A stretch of 24,000 nt of DNA from Promicromonospora sp. NPDC023805. Its GTDB lineage: Bacteria; Actinomycetota; Actinomycetes; Actinomycetales; Cellulomonadaceae. The stretch spans positions 91,132 to 115,131 of the forward strand of contig NZ_JBFAAH010000012.1 in NCBI RefSeq assembly GCF_040639635.1, in the 5' to 3' direction. Each line of letters opens with the position of its first letter. The stretch's first letter is position 1. Of this stretch, positions 21,236 through 24,000 are shown piece by piece. The translations under genes and the position numbers were made by a program. The notes beneath the pieces are model-generated. The model was not told where the DNA came from and did not search any database. It saw only the letters and a program-made list of their open reading frames with translations.

Positions 21236-23305
21236 ATGTACGAGGGACTGTTCGACGACCGCACGCCTGGTGCGCAGCTGGACGCCGTGCCGCCGGTGGA
21301 GATGCCGGGTGGCATGCCGGAGACACCGCCTGACATGCCACCTGACATGCTGCCTGCCACGCCGAAGGGCTTCCCGCCGGACTGGCCTCCGGAGGTCGTG
21401 CCGGTTGCGTTCTGGCCGGAGGACGTCCTGCGTCGAGCGTTGCAGGACGCGCCCGGTGCGCGGTTGGCGCGCGTGGTCGCGGAAGCGGTCGACGTAGACG
21501 GGAATCTGGAGATCGGCATGCCCGTCGCCGCGGACCCGGACCAGGACTCGGGCGACGGCGCGGGTGCGGGTGGCGGCGCGGGCGTGGGTTTCAGTGTGCT
21601 GGCCGACCTGTCGGACGAGGCTCTGGCCGACATGGTCGTCGCGTGTGGCCGGTTGCAGTCCTGGGTAGCCGGTGTGCAGGCCCGGGTCGTGGCGGAGCGC
21701 GCCGCGCGGGAGTCGCACCCGCTGGCGCACAACTCCTTGGTCGGGCAGGTCACGGGCGAGCTGGTGGTGACGGCGCCGGAGGCGACCGAGGTGGTGGTGC
21801 GGGCCGAGTCCGGGACCCGGCACCCCACCGTGATCACCGCTCTGCTGAAAGGCAGGATCGATACTCGTAAGGCGCACACGTTGCTGCGTTCCGCGTCTCG
21901 GTTGACGGTCGTGGAGCGCGCTGAGGCGATCAGCCGGTTCCTGCCCCAGGCCCCGGCACGGACGTGGAAGTGGTTGCAGGCCCGGATGCTCGCGTTCGCG
22001 AAGAACCTGCACGGCGCCTCTGCCACCGCTCAGGCCGAAGCGCAACGCCGCTCGGTGCAGGTGGACCGGGCGGAGAACGACATGGGGTGGCTGTCCGCGT
22101 ACCTACCGGCCGTGGACGCCGCAGCGGTGTGGGGTGTGGTGGACGACATGGCCCACCAGCTACGCCACGTCACGGGCGAGGAACGCACCCTGAGCCAGCT
22201 GCGTGCCGACTCGTTGACCGGGATCGTCACCGGCCGCCTCCTGCCCGCCGACCGGTACACCGAGGCCGACGCAGACTCAGATAAGACGACCGGCGCGACG
22301 ACCGGCACTGCGACTGCTGGAAGCGTCGGCCCGGACATCGGCGCGCGAGCCGAGATGACGACCGCCGGTAACGCGGCGACCACTGGGAGCACCCAGAGCC
22401 CTATAGGTGAGCCTGAGCCAGTGTGTACGTGTGGTGGTCGGGTGCCAGTGCAGCAGATTGTCCGAAAGATTGTGGTGCAAGAAGTCGTGCGGCCGGTACG
22501 GATCATCCCGACCCGCCCCGTCGTCCGGGTCACGATCCCGGCCACCGCACTGCTTGGCCTGGACAACGCGCCTGGTGAGCTCGCCGGCTTCGGGCCGGTC
22601 CCCGCAGAGATCGCGCGGATGATCGCGACGGACGCGACCTGGCACCGTCTGCTGACGGACCCTGTCACCGGGATCCTCCTGGACTACTCCACCACCGCCT
22701 ACCAACCGGGCAAGACCCTGCGCGGTGCAATCGAGGCCAGGGACGCCATGTGCACCTTCCCGTGCTGCGATACCCCGGCCGAGCGGTGCGACCTGGACCA
22801 CATCCAACCCTTCGACCATGACCACAAGAACACCAGCAGCATCGAGGGGAGCAAAGCCAACGGGTGGGGGCAGGCCAACGCCCACAACCTGCACGCCCTG
22901 TGCCGCAAGCACCACCTCCTCAAGACTCACGCCGGCTGGAACATCGTCCGCGACCCTCAGACAGGGATCACGACCTGGACCGCACCCACCGGCCGCACCC
23001 ACACACGACCACCGACCGTGCTGGACACGCACATCGATCTCGGCGAGATCGACCCGGACACCAGCCAGGACCTGTCCCTGCGCGCCATGACAGGGCAGCG
23101 CCTACCCCGCGTCTACGCCACTACCGAACCGGGCTCCGTACCGATCCATCCGGACCGTCCGATCCATCCGGACCACGGGACCGACCGGACCCACCCGACC
23201 GACCAGGCTGCCCCCTCCGAGCCCACAAGTCCGACCGATTCGACAAGCCCGACCGACCCGACCAGCCCGACGGCTCGGGCCCACCCCGACGAACCACCCT
23301 TCTGA
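21236..23305 (+). CDS. DUF222 + HNH endonuclease protein (REP13E12-type family of actinobacteria)
   Basis: ATG 21236 follows GGGAGGTGG. The N-terminal half has DUF222-like features (LSDEALADMVVACGRLQSWVAGVQARVVAE...). The C-terminal HNH is CTFPCCDTPAERCDLDHIQP...NAHNLHALCRKHHLLKTHAGW. The tail is repetitive and Pro/Thr/Asp-rich. Confidence 0.85.
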   Translation: MYEGLFDDRTPGAQLDAVPPVEMPGGMPETPPDMPPDMLPATPKGFPPDWPPEVVPVAFWPEDVLRRALQDAPGARLARVVAEAVDVDGNLEIGMPVAADPDQDSGDGAGAGGGAGVGFSVLADLSDEALADMVVACGRLQSWVAGVQARVVAERAARESHPLAHNSLVGQVTGELVVTAPEATEVVVRAESGTRHPTVITALLKGRIDTRKAHTLLRSASRLTVVERAEAISRFLPQAPARTWKWLQARMLAFAKNLHGASATAQAEAQRRSVQVDRAENDMGWLSAYLPAVDAAAVWGVVDDMAHQLRHVTGEERTLSQLRADSLTGIVTGRLLPADRYTEADADSDKTTGATTGTATAGSVGPDIGARAEMTTAGNAATTGSTQSPIGEPEPVCTCGGRVPVQQIVRKIVVQEVVRPVRIIPTRPVVRVTIPATALLGLDNAPGELAGFGPVPAEIARMIATDATWHRLLTDPVTGILLDYSTTAYQPGKTLRGAIEARDAMCTFPCCDTPAERCDLDHIQPFDHDHKNTSSIEGSKANGWGQANAHNLHALCRKHHLLKTHAGWNIVRDPQTGITTWTAPTGRTHTRPPTVLDTHIDLGEIDPDTSQDLSLRAMTGQRLPRVYATTEPGSVPIHPDRPIHPDHGTDRTHPTDQAAPSEPTSPTDSTSPTDPTSPTARAHPDEPPF
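23141..23275 (+). repeat. In-frame 18-nt tandem repeats in the 3' end of the HNH gene
   Basis: ccgatccatccggaccgt / ccgatccatccggaccac (23141-23176) encode PIHPDR/PIHPDH. agtccgaccgattcgaca / agcccgaccgacccgacc / agcccgacggct... (from 23229) encode reiterated SPTD units. Confidence 0.8.
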
Positions 23306-23383
23306 GTGAGTTTCGACGGCTGGGCCTCGACCCCGAAACCACCAGCACACCCACTGTCAGTGGTCCCCCGTAGCATCCCGATC

Positions 23384-24000
23384 ATGGCCGATGGCGTGCT
23401 CGACTACTCCCGTCCTGGACTCTTCACCACCCTCGATCCGGCGCAGCTCCGGCTCGTCGAAGGGTTGCCCGACGATCCCGTCGGGATCTGTGCCGTCGCA
23501 CAGGGGCTCGTGATCCAGCCTCATGACGCCACCGCGGCAGGGCTCGGCGCGGACCGGCTCGTGGAGAAGGACATCCGGGCGGCGAGCGGGCTGATCGCCG
23601 TGCTCGCGGCTCTCGACGACTCCCCGCTGCAGCACGCCAGAACGCCCGCGGCACGGGTGGTCGGGACGTGCCGGCACTTCACGGTCCTCGCCTGCGCGTT
23701 CTTGCGGGCGCGGGGCATCCCTGCTCGGGCACGCTGCGGCTTCGGCACGTACTTCGTCGAGGGGCGCGGCTTCGACCACTGGATCACCGAGTACTGGGCG
23801 GCCGACGAGAACCGCTGGGTGCGCGTCGACACCGAGCACCTCGGCAGGAGCTACGTCGAACATCCTGAGGATCTCGCTCCGGACGCGTTCCTGACCGGTG
23901 GTGAGGCGTGGTCCCGGTTCCGGGCCGGCCTGATCGACGCGCAGGTGTTCGGCGTCGTCGGCACGGACCACGCCTGGGGGCCGGCCGAGATCAGCGGCAA
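23384..24000 (+). CDS. Transglutaminase-like (Cys-His-Asp papain-fold) domain protein, N-terminal 205 aa (3' end outside window)
   Basis: This gene is absent from the ORF track because no stop occurs before the window end. My translation from ATG 23384 is MADGVLDYSRPGLFTTLDPAQL...ARVVGTCRHFTVLACAFLRARGIPARARCGFGTYF...FDHWITEYWAADENRWVRVD. It has the catalytic Cys (GTCRHF), His (DHW) and Asp (VRVD) spacing of transglutaminase-core proteins. The listed minus ORF 23357..23971 is its antisense shadow. Confidence 0.75.
   Translation, partial: MADGVLDYSRPGLFTTLDPAQLRLVEGLPDDPVGICAVAQGLVIQPHDATAAGLGADRLVEKDIRAASGLIAVLAALDDSPLQHARTPAARVVGTCRHFTVLACAFLRARGIPARARCGFGTYFVEGRGFDHWITEYWAADENRWVRVDTEHLGRSYVEHPEDLAPDAFLTGGEAWSRFRAGLIDAQVFGVVGTDHAWGPAEISG

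Noticed and set aside
1-24000. Search for CRISPR arrays, rRNA, IS elements, integrases, prophage structural genes and RecA-independent (TGTCRGTG-N8-TANNNT) damage promoters
   Set aside because: I saw no regularly spaced 25-40-nt repeats, no transposase or integrase-like ORFs, no terminal inverted repeats and no rRNA-like low-GC conserved blocks. The TGTCGG occurrences at 13348, 18449 and 20762 lack a correctly spaced TANNNT.

Overview
Very GC-rich, gene-dense chromosomal window with the codon style and gene families of an actinobacterium (Actinomycetota). I can support 23 protein-coding genes, and found no rRNA, tRNA, CRISPR array or transposase. In order: (1) the end of an sdhA/sdhB-type succinate dehydrogenase/fumarate reductase pair; (2) a compositionally atypical HTH + PIN-domain toxin-antitoxin-like pair wedged between sdhB and a convergent operon; (3) a minus-strand operon of lipoprotein solute-binding protein, two CUT1-type ABC permeases and a glucarate-dehydratase-like enolase-superfamily enzyme, with no ATPase and no regulator; (4) an MFS transporter; (5) a stand-alone KAP-family P-loop NTPase with a membrane hairpin inserted in the ATPase core, which I rate the best candidate for a defence/conflict function; (6) a PAS-ANTAR RNA-binding regulator next to a heme-oxygenase-like 'iron-containing redox enzyme'; (7) a five-gene membrane cluster of coiled-coil membrane protein, actinobacterial Holin-X, DUF3618, YihY/BrkB and CDGSH Fe-S protein, with no known function; (8) an SDR/epimerase fused to an unrecognised helical domain, divergent from two alpha/beta hydrolases and an AlkA-like DNA glycosylase; (9) a DUF222/HNH (REP13E12-type) endonuclease gene preceded by a near-consensus actinobacterial LexA SOS box; (10) the start of a transglutaminase-like protein that the ORF track omits because it runs off the window. 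Many long ORFs in the track are GC-driven shadow frames and are rejected. All functional calls come from motif recognition by eye; no searches were run.
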